A DNA stretch of 64,000 nucleotides from positions 224,001 through 288,000 of the forward strand of contig CAWHDT010000001.1 in assembly GCA_963828195.1 (NCBI GenBank). The letters are read 5' to 3'. The notes under the pieces are model-generated. The model saw only the letters and a list, made by a program, of their open reading frames with translations. It ran no database searches and was not told the origin of the DNA. The position numbers and the translations under genes were made by a program. How positions within the stretch are numbered: the stretch's first letter is position 1; each line of letters starts with the position of its first letter. This document shows positions 48,656 to 59,169 of this stretch, in pieces. Source of the DNA: Candidatus Bathyarchaeota archaeon (lineage in GTDB: Archaea; Thermoproteota; Bathyarchaeia; Bathyarchaeales; Bathycorpusculaceae).

Positions 48656-50206
48656 TTACTCCCACTCTATAGTTGCAGGCGGCTTATGAGTAATATCGTA
48701 AACCACTCGGGTAACCTGCGGAATCTCATTGGTGATTCTGGTCGAAATTTTTTCAAGAACGGGATACGGAATTTGCGCAAAGTTTGCGGTCATGGCTTCT
48801 CGACTTTCCGCAGCTCGAACCGCCACCACATATCCGTAAGCTCTTGAGTCCCCCTTGACCCCCGTCGCTTTCGTATCAGTCAAAACAGCAAAGTACTGCC
48901 ACAGATTCTCTTCTAAATGGTTTTTCTCGATTTCTTCGCGGACAATCGCGTCGGCTTTTTTTGCAACGCTTACTTTTTCTGCAGTTAATTCGCCTATTAT
49001 TCGAACTGCCAATCCCGGTCCAGGGAAAGGCTGCCGATTAACCAATTCTTTTGGTAAATCCAGCATTTGCGCTACTTTGCGCACTTCGTCTTTGTAGAGG
49101 TCTCGGAGGGGTTCAACTATTTTTTTGAATTTTATGTCAGTTGGCAATCCAGCGACGTTATGATGAGATTTTATCACATCTGAGTTCTTTCGGATACCCG
49201 ATTCAATCCGATCGGGGTAGATCGTGCCTTGAAGCAGATATTGCGCACCTGACTTCTCCGCGATTTCCTCAAAAACACGAATAAACTCTTCCCCAATGAC
49301 CTTACGTTTCCTTTCAGGGTCAGTTACCCCTTTGAGTTTCTGCATGAAGCGGTCCTGAGCGTTCGCCATCACGAAATTTATGGGGAATTTTTTGAATGTT
49401 TCACAGATGGCTTTCGGTTCTCCTTCACGCATGAACCCGTGGTTGACGAAGACTGCTGTGAGTTTGTTGCCTAACGCTTTGGCTGCAAGTGCCGTTGCAA
49501 CCGATGAGTCTATGCCCCCGCTTAAGCCGATGATGGCGTTGGCTGAGCCGACTTCCGTCTTGATTTCTTTAACCATCTTTTCTATGATGTCTTCTACTTT
49601 CCAGTTAGCTTCACACTTGCAGACTTCAAAAATGAAGTTGCGCAGCATGGCGGCGCCTTTTTCTGTGTGGATGACTTCAGGATGCCACTGTAAGCCATAA
49701 ATTGGTTTTTGCTTATGCCTAAAAGCGGCAACTGGGCAGTTTTCCGTGTGGGCAAGCGTCTCGAAATCTTGTGGCAAAGCGTAGACGGTGTCGCCGTGGC
49801 TCATCCAAACTTTCTCTTTTTCACTTAAACCCTCCAAGATGCCCACGGGCTTGTCAATGTCTACCTGCGTTATTCCGTATTCTTTGCAGGCTGCAGGCTT
49901 AACTTTTCCGTTAGTTAACTGAGCCAACAGTTGGTGTCCATAGCATAAACCTAAAATCGGCAAATTTATTTCTAAAATGCGGGGGTTAAGCTTTGGCGCG
50001 TTTGGTTCGTAAACGCTTGAGGGTCCTCCTGAAAGAATTAAGCCTTTAACATTGAATTTTTCGTTTAAAGCCTTAATTTCTTCGGGTGAAATGTCATGGG
50101 CAACTATTTCTGAGTAGACTCCGTTTTCTCTGATTCTTCTTCCTATAAGATGGCAGTATTGCCCCCCAAAATCTAAAACCAGTATAGTGTCATATTTTAC
50201 TTGCAT
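48656..50206 (-). CDS. guaA: GMP synthase (fused GATase + ATPPase)
   Basis: LDFGGQY, GLCYGHQ, WHPE, SGGIDS, IKSHHNV and KPPATIEWE motifs. Confidence 0.96.
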   Translation of the reverse strand: MQVKYDTILVLDFGGQYCHLIGRRIRENGVYSEIVAHDISPEEIKALNEKFNVKGLILSGGPSSVYEPNAPKLNPRILEINLPILGLCYGHQLLAQLTNGKVKPAACKEYGITQVDIDKPVGILEGLSEKEKVWMSHGDTVYALPQDFETLAHTENCPVAAFRHKQKPIYGLQWHPEVIHTEKGAAMLRNFIFEVCKCEANWKVEDIIEKMVKEIKTEVGSANAIIGLSGGIDSSVATALAAKALGNKLTAVFVNHGFMREGEPKAICETFKKFPINFVMANAQDRFMQKLKGVTDPERKRKVIGEEFIRVFEEIAEKSGAQYLLQGTIYPDRIESGIRKNSDVIKSHHNVAGLPTDIKFKKIVEPLRDLYKDEVRKVAQMLDLPKELVNRQPFPGPGLAVRIIGELTAEKVSVAKKADAIVREEIEKNHLEENLWQYFAVLTDTKATGVKGDSRAYGYVVAVRAAESREAMTANFAQIPYPVLEKISTRITNEIPQVTRVVYDITHKPPATIEWE

Positions 50207-50403
50207 TGCGCGCTCAAATTATTGAGTTTAAGCTGCTGGTAATTTAAGATTGCTATCAGTTTCAAGTTAAAGGCAAAGAGGTTTTTTAAAATTAAAAGCG
50301 TTTTTCTCTTATTTTTAGCGTGCTTTCGTTGCAGGTAAAAGCTAAACTTTTATTAATATAATCATGTGATAATTAAAATAATGTTTCGAAAAAGTGGGTT
50401 TAA

Positions 50404-50874
50404 TTGGAAGAACGTGCAGAGGGTATATTTACGGATTTAAACGAAACCGATCTTAAAATCCTGAAAAGTCTCTTAGAAGATGCGAGATTTTCAAGTAGGC
50501 AAATAGCCAAAAACGTCGGTGTATCAGTTGGAACAGTTTTATCCAGAATTAAAAAAATGGAAGATGAAGGCCTCATCAAAGGCTACTCTGTTCAGCTGGA
50601 CCACGAAAAACTTGGTTACCAATTGACAGTTGTAACTGAAATCACAGTTTCTAAAGGCAGGCTCGTGGAAACTGAAAATGAAATAGCTAAAATCTCCAAT
50701 GTGTGCTGCGTCTACGACGTGACAGGCTTGACGGATGCCATTATTGTTGCAAAGTTTAAAAGCCGAGAGGACCTTGGGGGGTTCACTAAACGATTGTTAT
50801 CTCTGCCGTATATTGAGCGAACAAACACTCATGTAGTTTTGACTACGGTGAAGGAAAACTTCCGTCTGCTCTAA
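50404..50874 (+). CDS. Lrp/AsnC transcriptional regulator
   Basis: [16 protein letters not shown]...G.S..TV..RI HTH; YDVTG..D. Confidence 0.9.
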   Translation: MEERAEGIFTDLNETDLKILKSLLEDARFSSRQIAKNVGVSVGTVLSRIKKMEDEGLIKGYSVQLDHEKLGYQLTVVTEITVSKGRLVETENEIAKISNVCCVYDVTGLTDAIIVAKFKSREDLGGFTKRLLSLPYIERTNTHVVLTTVKENFRLL

Positions 50875-51929
50875 CTTGTTTTTTCAGCATCACTTTCTTT
50901 TTTATAGTTCTGCTCTGGCGGCGCAATGCTTATTCTTGTCCCTGAAGCAACTGGAGAGGTTACCCATACGTTTCCGCCTATGACAACGTTATCGCCGATT
51001 ACTGCGTCTGGCCCCAGAAGGGTCGCGCCTGAATAGATAACCACGTTGCTTCCAACTGTCGGGTGCCTCTTTCTTCCTTTTATAATGTTTCCTTTCTCGT
51101 CTTTGGGGAAACTCAGCGCGCCCAAAGTCACGCCTTGGTAGAGCTTGACGTTGTCGCCGATTTCCGTGGTTTCTCCGATTACTACTCCGGTGCCATGATC
51201 AATGAAGAAGTTTTTGCCGATTTTTGCGCCCGGGTGAATATCTATGCCAGTTAAGGAATGAACATGTTCACTCATTATCCTTGGAATCAACGGAACACGG
51301 CTGACGTAGAGCTCGTGGGCTATCCTGTAAGTCGTTATCGCCAAAACGCATGGGTAACTGATAATGACCTCTTCCACGCTTATTGCTGCCGGATCCCCCG
51401 CGAAAGCACTTTGGATATCACTGCTTAACATTGATCTTATTTCAGGCAACTTTTCCAGCAGTTCTTTAACAACTACGTCGGCTCTCCTTTGGCACACGTC
51501 TTGGGGGCATCCATTCATTTTTCGGCAAATGTACTTGAGGCTTTTCGTAACTTCTTGGGTGAGTCGCGTGTGCACCGACGTTAAAGTGTTGCCAAGATAA
51601 TATTTTATATTGGCTTTTGTTATCTCTTCTTTGCCTAAGTAGCCTGGAAAAAGAATCGTGAACAAATCTTCCAGCACTTCAGTAACTACCTTCTTTGATG
51701 GCAGATCGCGTCCTTCAAGGTGATCCATGCCGCCGAAGGTATGATAATTCACCATCATTTCATCTACAAGCGCCGGCAAGCCTTTTTCAACCCAATCCTG
51801 CTCCACTTTATCATGGTTATGCATTAACGTGTCCAACATTTTATCTGGGTTCCAGCAGTCAATGTCTACATTTTTTTCTGCGCATTCTTTGCAGTCTTTC
51901 GGACGGAGCTGATTCGATTTCGACGCCAT
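50871..51929 (-). CDS. cysE: Serine O-acetyltransferase
   Basis: [32 protein letters not shown] and KRHPT motifs; adjacent to cysK. Confidence 0.92.
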   Translation of the reverse strand: MASKSNQLRPKDCKECAEKNVDIDCWNPDKMLDTLMHNHDKVEQDWVEKGLPALVDEMMVNYHTFGGMDHLEGRDLPSKKVVTEVLEDLFTILFPGYLGKEEITKANIKYYLGNTLTSVHTRLTQEVTKSLKYICRKMNGCPQDVCQRRADVVVKELLEKLPEIRSMLSSDIQSAFAGDPAAISVEEVIISYPCVLAITTYRIAHELYVSRVPLIPRIMSEHVHSLTGIDIHPGAKIGKNFFIDHGTGVVIGETTEIGDNVKLYQGVTLGALSFPKDEKGNIIKGRKRHPTVGSNVVIYSGATLLGPDAVIGDNVVIGGNVWVTSPVASGTRISIAPPEQNYKKESDAEKTS

Positions 51930-51994
51930 TTTTACTTCCTCTTCTCATTATGCGGAAAGCAAGAATATAAGAGAAGCGTCTTTTTGGAGGCAAC

Positions 51995-52948
51995 TTAAAT
52001 GTTTGAGTTTGTACTTGGTGGCGGTTCTTGGAATAAAACTGTGCTAAGGTAGCGTTCGCCGGTGTCAGGGAGAATAACAACTATCAGTTTACCTTTGTTT
52101 TCGGATCGTTTGGCTATTTCTAAGGCTGCATAAGTTGCTGCTCCCGAGGATATGCCTGCGAGTAATCCCTCTTTTAGGACAAGTTGCCGTGCGGTTTGTA
52201 CAGCGTCATCGTCTTTTACTTTGAATATCTCATCCACCAAATCAAGTTTAAGTACGTCTGGTTTGAAGCCTGCGCCTATTCCCTGTATTTTATGTGGTCC
52301 TTTCTGGCCACCGCTTAGAACTGGCGAACCTGCCGGTTCAACTGCAACGGCTTTAAAGTCGGGTTTAAGCGGTTTTATGTATTCGGCTATGCCCGTTATT
52401 GTTCCACCCGTGCCAACACCCGCCACTAATATGTCCACTTTGCCGTCTGTATCACTCCAAATTTCAGGTCCAGTAGTTTCTCTGTGGACTTTGGGGTTAG
52501 CTAGGTTTTTGAATTGTTGTGGCATGAAGCTGTTGGATGTGTTTTGGGCGAGTTCTTCAGCTTTTTTGATGGCTCCACCCATGCCCTCTGGTCCGGGCGT
52601 AAGGACAAGTTGTGCTCCATAGGCTTTGAGTAGGCTGCGGCGCTCGACGCTCATGGTTTCTGGCATTGTAAGGATGAGTTTGTAGCCTTTTACGGCTGCC
52701 ACCATGGCTAAGCCGATGCCTGTGTTGCCGCTTGTCGGTTCAATGATGGTGGTGTCTGGTTTGATTAAGCCTTGTTTTTCTGCTTCAACCATCATGCTTT
52801 GGCATATGCGGTCTTTTACGCTTCCGCCTGGGTTTCTCGATTCAAGTTTAGCTACAACAATGGCGTTTGTGCCTTGGGTTAACCGATTTAATTTTATTAA
52901 CGGGGTTTTGCCTATGGTTTCAAGAACGTTGTTGTATATTTTTGTCAC
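51995..52948 (-). CDS. cysK: Cysteine synthase A
   Basis: [33 protein letters not shown] and DTGERYLS motifs. Confidence 0.95.
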   Translation of the reverse strand: MTKIYNNVLETIGKTPLIKLNRLTQGTNAIVVAKLESRNPGGSVKDRICQSMMVEAEKQGLIKPDTTIIEPTSGNTGIGLAMVAAVKGYKLILTMPETMSVERRSLLKAYGAQLVLTPGPEGMGGAIKKAEELAQNTSNSFMPQQFKNLANPKVHRETTGPEIWSDTDGKVDILVAGVGTGGTITGIAEYIKPLKPDFKAVAVEPAGSPVLSGGQKGPHKIQGIGAGFKPDVLKLDLVDEIFKVKDDDAVQTARQLVLKEGLLAGISSGAATYAALEIAKRSENKGKLIVVILPDTGERYLSTVLFQEPPPSTNSNI

Positions 52949-53134
52949 GTTAATACCTCTGTTATAACACTGTTATATTCAGCGGGGAATAAATCCCTTT
53001 CCTACACAAAACATTCAGAACTTTCAAAGTAATAAACAAACCTAACCGCGAACACATCAACACGCAAAGTAAAGTCTTTAAATGTCCAACCTAATTCTAT
53101 ATTCCGCACCGCCTCAAAAAGCAAAAACATGATT

Positions 53135-53219
53135 GCGGAGGTCGCCCAGCATGGTCAAAGGCGTAGGACTGAGGCTCCTATCCCGCAGGGGTTCGTGGGT
53201 TCAAATCCCACCCTCCGCA
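53135..53219 (+). tRNA. tRNA-Leu (anticodon GAG)
   Basis: GCGGAGG/CCTCCGC acceptor, TAGGA-CTGAGGC-TCCTA anticodon arm, long variable arm, GTGGG-TTCAAAT-CCCAC T-arm; CCA not encoded. Confidence 0.95.
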
Positions 53220-53353
53220 CTTTCCCCCTTTGCGCGAATTATGGCTTGATTGCTGGCTATTTTAGCAATTGCGGCTTAGAAATCGCTATTGGTTTTATCA
53301 AGAACGCAATTATCTTTAACCTTTTATTTTTCGCATAAATTCCTCTATAACCG

Positions 53354-53373
53354 TTGATAACAGATTTTATCAA
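53354..53373. promoter_or_regulatory. Palindromic operator candidate TTGATAA-N6-TTATCAA
   Basis: Perfect 7-bp inverted repeat just upstream of the HTH gene at 53402. Confidence 0.45.
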
Positions 53374-53401
53374 AAACGCTTAAAATGAAGCAAAAGAAAG
53401 C

Positions 53402-54223
53402 ATGAAAGAAGTGATGCGTATGGAACAAGTAGACTGGTCATCCCTGCACAGGATTCTTGGCGATTCTACCAGAAGAAATATTCTGGAACTAATTAAGGAA
53501 AAAGACGCGATAAGCTACACCGAAATAATGTCCATCTTGCGAGTTACAAATACAGGCAGACTTAATTACCATCTCAAGGCGTTGAATGGCCTCATATCTA
53601 AAGACGATCAAGGAAAGTATCATCTAACCGAGAGAGGGCAGCTTGCAGTTAACTTGCTTCAGACTTTCCCCGAGAGACCGCGGATAGAGGAGAAGAATCG
53701 GACCGGAAAAATTATGATTGCTTCGTTTTTAATATTTCTGGGAGTTATTCTAATCTTTGCCACTAATAGATCGTTAGCCACCAACGAAGTCCCGGGAACT
53801 TTTTCCAGTCGGGTTATTCCTCAGAATACGAGTACATTCTTGACGGAAGTGTGGTTCCCGAATAATGGTTCACAATTTACCATTCATTTGGTTGCCTCAA
53901 ATTCAATAAGCCTGTATGTGGTGAATTCAACGCAATATTCTGCTTTAGAACAACAATATAGCCAAGGTTATTTTTTGGTGAATTTCACTGGGATGCCTGC
54001 TTTTTACGTCGATAGATTTACTCTGCAAAGCGCCAGCGTTTCCCTGTCTCTCCCTCAAGGGGTATATTACCTCTTTGTAGGATCAAATACCAGTTCGGTA
54101 TTGGATTCACTCACGCTGGCTCAGCAGCAACATTATCCATTATTAGATGCTGTCCCCGGTGCTCTTGGAATCTTTATGGTATCTCTTGCAATTTTAATTC
54201 TTACCCGTCGGGTTTGGCGATAA
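53402..54223 (+). CDS. ArsR-like winged-HTH protein with TM segments and extracytoplasmic domain
   Basis: RRNILELI..SYTEI..TGRLNYHLK.L..LI.K...Y.LT..G, then two TM helices flanking a beta-rich domain. Confidence 0.78.
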   Translation: MKEVMRMEQVDWSSLHRILGDSTRRNILELIKEKDAISYTEIMSILRVTNTGRLNYHLKALNGLISKDDQGKYHLTERGQLAVNLLQTFPERPRIEEKNRTGKIMIASFLIFLGVILIFATNRSLATNEVPGTFSSRVIPQNTSTFLTEVWFPNNGSQFTIHLVASNSISLYVVNSTQYSALEQQYSQGYFLVNFTGMPAFYVDRFTLQSASVSLSLPQGVYYLFVGSNTSSVLDSLTLAQQQHYPLLDAVPGALGIFMVSLAILILTRRVWR

Positions 54224-54418
54224 GAAAATTCGGTTAAGAACATTTGAAGCAACGCCAACATACCGAGACCGTTGTCGCGTGAAATTTAAATGTGAATGTA
54301 AACCTACCCCTCTGCACCAGAGATTCCGAGAAGTGAAACAAAGTTTTGAGGTAGAGGATCGTCACGCGAGTTACAGAATTCTTATACTAGAAAAACCAAT
54401 TGGTAACAGGGGAAGCGA

Positions 54419-55513
54419 TTGATCAGTTCCGAGGGCTGCAAACCCGAAGCACTTTTGGAGAAAGAAGAGCAGGCTAAAAAGGTCATCGAGGAATGCAGAA
54501 GAGAGAACGGTTTCTACGCTAGTACGCAACGCTATCATGAGTTATGGCTCAGAGACTTGGTCTACTCGGAGGATGTGCTGCTCAAGCTCGGTTACCGAAG
54601 GGAAATAAAAAATCACTTATCTGAATTCATAAAGCTGCGGCGCAGAAATGGCCAGATGCCAACCGTGATCGACTTCAGCGTCAGTAAACTAATTCGACAA
54701 AGGTACCAGTCCTGCCCCTCTGACACAGAAATTCTGTTTGTCATAGGAATGCGCAAATATGCCGAGTTTGCAGGCGACCAGTTCCTTAAAGAAAATGAGG
54801 AAACCGTGAAGTCATGTGTCGCATATGTCGAGAGCAAACTCGATGAACATGGACTTGTTCCCGGCATGGACTGGAGAGATACAATACCCTGTTACAGAGG
54901 AAAGTTTCTCCTCGCTAACCAGATGCTCCTCGTCAACATGTACGAATTGCTCGAAAATCCCAAAGTTGCAAATTCAGTGAAAGAGAATGTAAACAAATTC
55001 TTTCTTTCAAAGAACCTATGTTGCTATGCGGACACCGTTTATTGGGACGGCGAACTGAAGCAGGATCGTAACTTTGACAGCTTCGGAAACGCCTTAGCCG
55101 TCATCAACGGTACCGCTTCCGAAAAAGTTTCTCAGGGCATTCTCAACGGGTTTAAAGCCGCAAAAACACCCTTCGGCTACAGAAACATTATGCCCCCGTA
55201 CGAATTCAACAGGGCAAAGCTGCTGGCAACATGGTATATCAAGTGCGGTGTAGCGAACGGCGCTTTTCTGAGAAACAAACTTGGCTTCTACCAGAACTCA
55301 GCAGTTTGGCCCTTCGTAGAGATAAGAGTGATTCAGGCGTTAACAAAACTGAAAGCGACCAGCGAAGCCGACGCAGCAACCAAGCAGATGATTGAGCGCG
55401 AGGGCTTCAACGAGTTCTATAATCCCTCAACTGGCGAGCCACGCGGAAGCAAGGGGCAGCTTTGGACGGCAGCAGCTATTCTTTCAGCAGTTGACCTTTG
55501 CAGAGTTAGCTAG
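54419..55513 (+). CDS. (alpha/alpha)6-barrel glycoside hydrolase (debranching enzyme/GH100-like)
   Basis: Y..LW.RD, DWRD, YQN..VWP and F.EFY...TG......QLWTAA motifs. Confidence 0.7.
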   Translation: MISSEGCKPEALLEKEEQAKKVIEECRRENGFYASTQRYHELWLRDLVYSEDVLLKLGYRREIKNHLSEFIKLRRRNGQMPTVIDFSVSKLIRQRYQSCPSDTEILFVIGMRKYAEFAGDQFLKENEETVKSCVAYVESKLDEHGLVPGMDWRDTIPCYRGKFLLANQMLLVNMYELLENPKVANSVKENVNKFFLSKNLCCYADTVYWDGELKQDRNFDSFGNALAVINGTASEKVSQGILNGFKAAKTPFGYRNIMPPYEFNRAKLLATWYIKCGVANGAFLRNKLGFYQNSAVWPFVEIRVIQALTKLKATSEADAATKQMIEREGFNEFYNPSTGEPRGSKGQLWTAAAILSAVDLCRVS

Positions 55514-55649
55514 CAAAAAGCATAGCGTTTCAGTTCAAAAATTGAGAAACTACTCCTCTTTATATCTAACATTCATTTTCTAATTAAAAGCATTGGGAGC
55601 TCAAACGGGAGCTTTTCGTTAGAGAAAAACTAAATCGTTGCTGCATAGC

Positions 55650-56573
55650 ATGATTGAGACTGAGAACCTTACAAAAAAATTCGGTGACCTGACTGCAGTT
55701 GACAATCTAACCCTCCGCGTAGACAAGAGCGAAGTCTTCGGCTTCCTCGGACCTAACGGGGCAGGAAAGACCACTACAGTTCGGATGCTCTGCTGCCTGA
55801 TATCTAAAACAAGTGGCAAAGTAAAGATTGGCGATTACGAGGTTGGCAGCCCAGAAAATGCTCTAAATATCAGAAAGATCATCGGGCTTGTCCCTGACAA
55901 CGTTGGCCTCTACGAGTCCCTTACGGCCTATGAGAACCTGGACTATTACGGGACGCTGTACAGGCGCACTGACTCCCAGAGGAAAGAAAGCAATGAATAC
56001 TTCCTCAAGTTGCTGGGGCTCTGGGATAAGAGAGATGCTCTGGCGGGAACATTCTCGAAGGGTATGAAACAAAAGCTCGCCATAGCACGCGCCCTGATCC
56101 ATGACCCCGAGATACTTATCATGGATGAGCCAACCGCAAACCTGGATCCTGAGGCTTCAAAGGCGGTGCGGGAGTTCATCCTCGAACTGAAGAAGGAGAA
56201 AAAAACCATCTTCATCAATACGCACAACCTCGATGAGGCCGAGAGAATCTGCGATAGGATCGGCATCTTGAATACGCGTCTGATGGCCGTGGGTACACCT
56301 GAGGAGCTCGAACGGTCGATCCGCGGAAGAAAGACAGTGATCCAGCTTAAACGGGTGAACGAAGCCATCTTGGATTCGCTCAAGAAACTACAGGTCAAGA
56401 ATCTGGTCAGGGATGGCAATAAGCTGACGATTGATGTCGTTGATTCCGAGGAAGAGAATCCTGACATGGTAAACGCGATTGTCGCTGCGGGAGGACGCGT
56501 CGAGACAGTAACGGTGATCGGCAGCTCGCTAGAAGACGCTTACCTGAAACTAGTGAGGGAGAATGCACAATGA
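55650..56573 (+). CDS. ABC-2 type transporter ATP-binding subunit
   Basis: GPNGAGKTT, FSKGMKQ, MDEPT and H-loop. Confidence 0.92.
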   Translation: MIETENLTKKFGDLTAVDNLTLRVDKSEVFGFLGPNGAGKTTTVRMLCCLISKTSGKVKIGDYEVGSPENALNIRKIIGLVPDNVGLYESLTAYENLDYYGTLYRRTDSQRKESNEYFLKLLGLWDKRDALAGTFSKGMKQKLAIARALIHDPEILIMDEPTANLDPEASKAVREFILELKKEKKTIFINTHNLDEAERICDRIGILNTRLMAVGTPEELERSIRGRKTVIQLKRVNEAILDSLKKLQVKNLVRDGNKLTIDVVDSEEENPDMVNAIVAAGGRVETVTVIGSSLEDAYLKLVRENAQ

Positions 56574-57301
56574 CCACATGGATGCCTTGGAAGATAGCAC
56601 GCAAAGAATTGAAGGTGATCAGCAGAAAAAAGAGCATCATTTTCTACACGATTGGGCTTCCCCTTCTCATCTCAATTGTTTTCTCGTTCGTTATCAAGAG
56701 CCAAATAGTTAATGGAATCCCAACGACAATATCACTTGGTGCCGAATCAAGCGTTTACCTCTTCGTTGTTTTAGCAGCTTCCCTGCCCAGTACGATCGCA
56801 GCGTACAGTATAGTGGGTGAAAAGATTGAGAAGACACTGGAACCTTTGCTTGCGACTCCGACTACTGACAATGAAATCCTCCTAGGAAAAAGTATCGCAG
56901 CGTTCATACCGCCAATTATATCGATATGGGCGGCAGCATCAATCTTTATGGCAGCAACGGACTACATACTCTACAACGGAGGGTTAAGCTACTATTATTT
57001 TCCCAACTGGACTGCTGGAGTTATGCTGTTACTTCTTGCTCCTCTTGCAGCGATTTTCAGTATTGAAGTAGGAGTGATGGCGTCATCTCGAGTGAATGAC
57101 GTTCGAGGCGCAAACCAGATCGCAGGTATCATGTTTATCCCATTCATAGTTGTCTTTCTAGCGGCTGTCGAAGGACTTTTCACTTTCAGCATCGGTAACC
57201 TTCTGGTCTTCGCTGCCATAGTAATCGTTGTCGATATAGCTCTTTTCTTCTTAACCAAATCCACTTTCAAACGAGAAGAGATTCTCACAAAGTGGAAATG
57301 A
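56570..57301 (+). CDS. ABC-2 type transporter permease
   Basis: Six TM segments; SIVGEK..KTLEPLLATP...EILLGK. Confidence 0.88.
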   Translation: MTTWMPWKIARKELKVISRKKSIIFYTIGLPLLISIVFSFVIKSQIVNGIPTTISLGAESSVYLFVVLAASLPSTIAAYSIVGEKIEKTLEPLLATPTTDNEILLGKSIAAFIPPIISIWAAASIFMAATDYILYNGGLSYYYFPNWTAGVMLLLLAPLAAIFSIEVGVMASSRVNDVRGANQIAGIMFIPFIVVFLAAVEGLFTFSIGNLLVFAAIVIVVDIALFFLTKSTFKREEILTKWK

Positions 57302-57310
57302 GGTCGTTGA

Positions 57311-58443
57311 TTGGCCGCCGAGTTAATCAGTAACGAAACCCCAGCAGGAAAGAAAGGCTACTCTTCATCGATAATCTAAGACTGCTGGTAATCGTGTTGG
57401 TTGTCACGATCCACTTGGCAGTGACGGTTAGCAACTTTGGCAGTTGGTACTACGTTTACAGTATCCATCTTGATACGCTATCCACCGTTTGGTTCGCCTT
57501 CTACCAGTCGTTCACACAGGGATACTTCTTGGGGCTTTTGTTCATGATTTCTGGCTATTTTGTCGCAGGAAGCTATGACCGGAAAGGCTTCGGCGGGTTC
57601 GTCGGAGACAGATTCAAACGCCTAATCATCCCAACCCTGATTTTCCTGATTGCAATAACGCCGTTCATCGAAATCATCGAACTCAGCAGCAAGCCGTCTG
57701 GCTTCAATTTGGCAGGTTTTCTTTCGGGCACCGGTCCGATGTGGTTCGCTGCGGCACTTTTCGGGTTTTGCTTGATTTACGGGCTATGGCGACTGGTCGC
57801 TCGCAGATTCGCTCCTGAAAGGAAACCGCTCGAACCGACCTGGGGTATGGCAGTCAGCCTAGTCCTGATTATCGCCGTTTTTGCCTTCCTGATTAGGATA
57901 GTTCAGCCGATTGGGGCAAGCATCCTGAACTTTCAGCTCTGCTACTTCTCTTCATATATAGTTCTCTTCATTGTGGGCATCCTAGCTTACAGAAGCAACC
58001 TGTTCGCTAAGATCAGCTATCGAACGGGGAAAAGATGTGTAATAGGTGCCATTGTCTTGGGCTTCTTGGTTTGGTTCGTCTTGGTGGTAATAGTCACGGC
58101 AACTGGGACAACAGGTGCCATTGATGGAGGGCTGACCTGGCAGAGCGCAGCATATTCAGTATGGGAATCCTCGGTCGCGGTTGCCATGAGCATCGGTCTA
58201 ATCGGCGTCTTTAGGGAAAAATTCAACCATCAAGGCAAGTTTGTCAAAACACTTTCAGATAACTCGTTCTCCGTATACCTGTTTCACCCTATGATCATTA
58301 TCCCAGTCACATTGTTGTTTAGCCCGCTTGTGTTGTACCCAGTTGCAAAATGGCTTCTGCTCTGTGTCATTTGCATTCCATTATGCTTTGCCGCAACATA
58401 CTTTATCTTCCGCAGGATACCGTTATTGAAAAAAGTCCTCTGA
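57311..58443 (+). pseudogene. Acyltransferase-3 (OpgC-like) membrane protein, apparently frameshifted near the 5' end
   Basis: The family motif RLLFIDNLR..V..H lies upstream of the first in-frame start. The plausible TTG start at 57311 is in another frame. Confidence 0.65.
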
Positions 58444-58478
58444 AAATGAGCCTGAAGTGTCTTTCGACCTCTCTAAAG

Positions 58479-58955
58479 TCATTTTAGTTCTTTGAGTAAA
58501 GCCTTGGCTTCAGGCGTTATTTTTGGTCTGTTTCTTCGATCAATGACTAAAAACAAAGACCCAATTATAATCAGAGCTATGCCGAAGAACGTTACGCTTA
58601 AGATTGGGACAAGCTTTAGTTCAAGCCCCAAAGTAAAAGCAATTATTCCGATTCCGATAAAGATCATTATCGAGTTGCTTCTGGACGCTGTTGCGTGCAG
58701 GGCAAACTCTTTCTTTCCTTCCTCCGTCACGACATAGTAGCCCTGTTTTTCCTCTATCATGCCGGCGGTCAAAAGATAATTCCAGTCATAGTGGAAGTGG
58801 CCGTCCGACTTATAGCCCAACGCAGAGCTGATGCTTGATTTAACTCCTGGTTCAGCCTTGATTCTGCTGTTAGGAGCGGAGTAGATGAAGTACAGCAGCT
58901 TGGTTCTTGGCGACTGAATATCGGCGCTTATTCCACGTGGCTTTGACACTTGCAT
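58479..58955 (-). CDS. Winged-helix protein with two C-terminal TM helices (putative membrane-anchored regulator)
   Basis: L..AGMIEE...Y.VT.EGK wing motif followed by two hydrophobic helices. Confidence 0.65.
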   Translation of the reverse strand: MQVSKPRGISADIQSPRTKLLYFIYSAPNSRIKAEPGVKSSISSALGYKSDGHFHYDWNYLLTAGMIEEKQGYYVVTEEGKKEFALHATASRSNSIMIFIGIGIIAFTLGLELKLVPILSVTFFGIALIIIGSLFLVIDRRNRPKITPEAKALLKELK

Positions 58956-59051
58956 CCACTGCTCCAGCTATTCGGCATCGGTAAGATAAATGAAGCTCTG
59001 CGGTTAAATTTTCTTTCCATGATTTCACCATAATACTCGTTTTGCTTATGA

Positions 59052-59108
59052 CTCTAACTCTTAGAGGATTTGCTCTAAGTGCCAGAGCGTTTGCTCTAAA
59101 TGTTAGGG
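59052..59108. promoter_or_regulatory. Three tandem palindromic sites CTCTAA-N3-TTAGAG at 21-bp period
   Basis: Sites at 59052 (perfect), 59073 (CCAGAG right half) and 59094 (TTAGGG right half) in a divergent intergenic region. Confidence 0.75.
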
Positions 59109-59169
59109 CTATAACCAACAGGCAACTTTTATGGTTCCAAGAATCAAAAAGTTAGGAGGAAAACAAAAA

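Noticed and set aside
53129-53338. 69-aa ORF
   Set aside because: It overlaps tRNA-Leu, so the translation is spurious.
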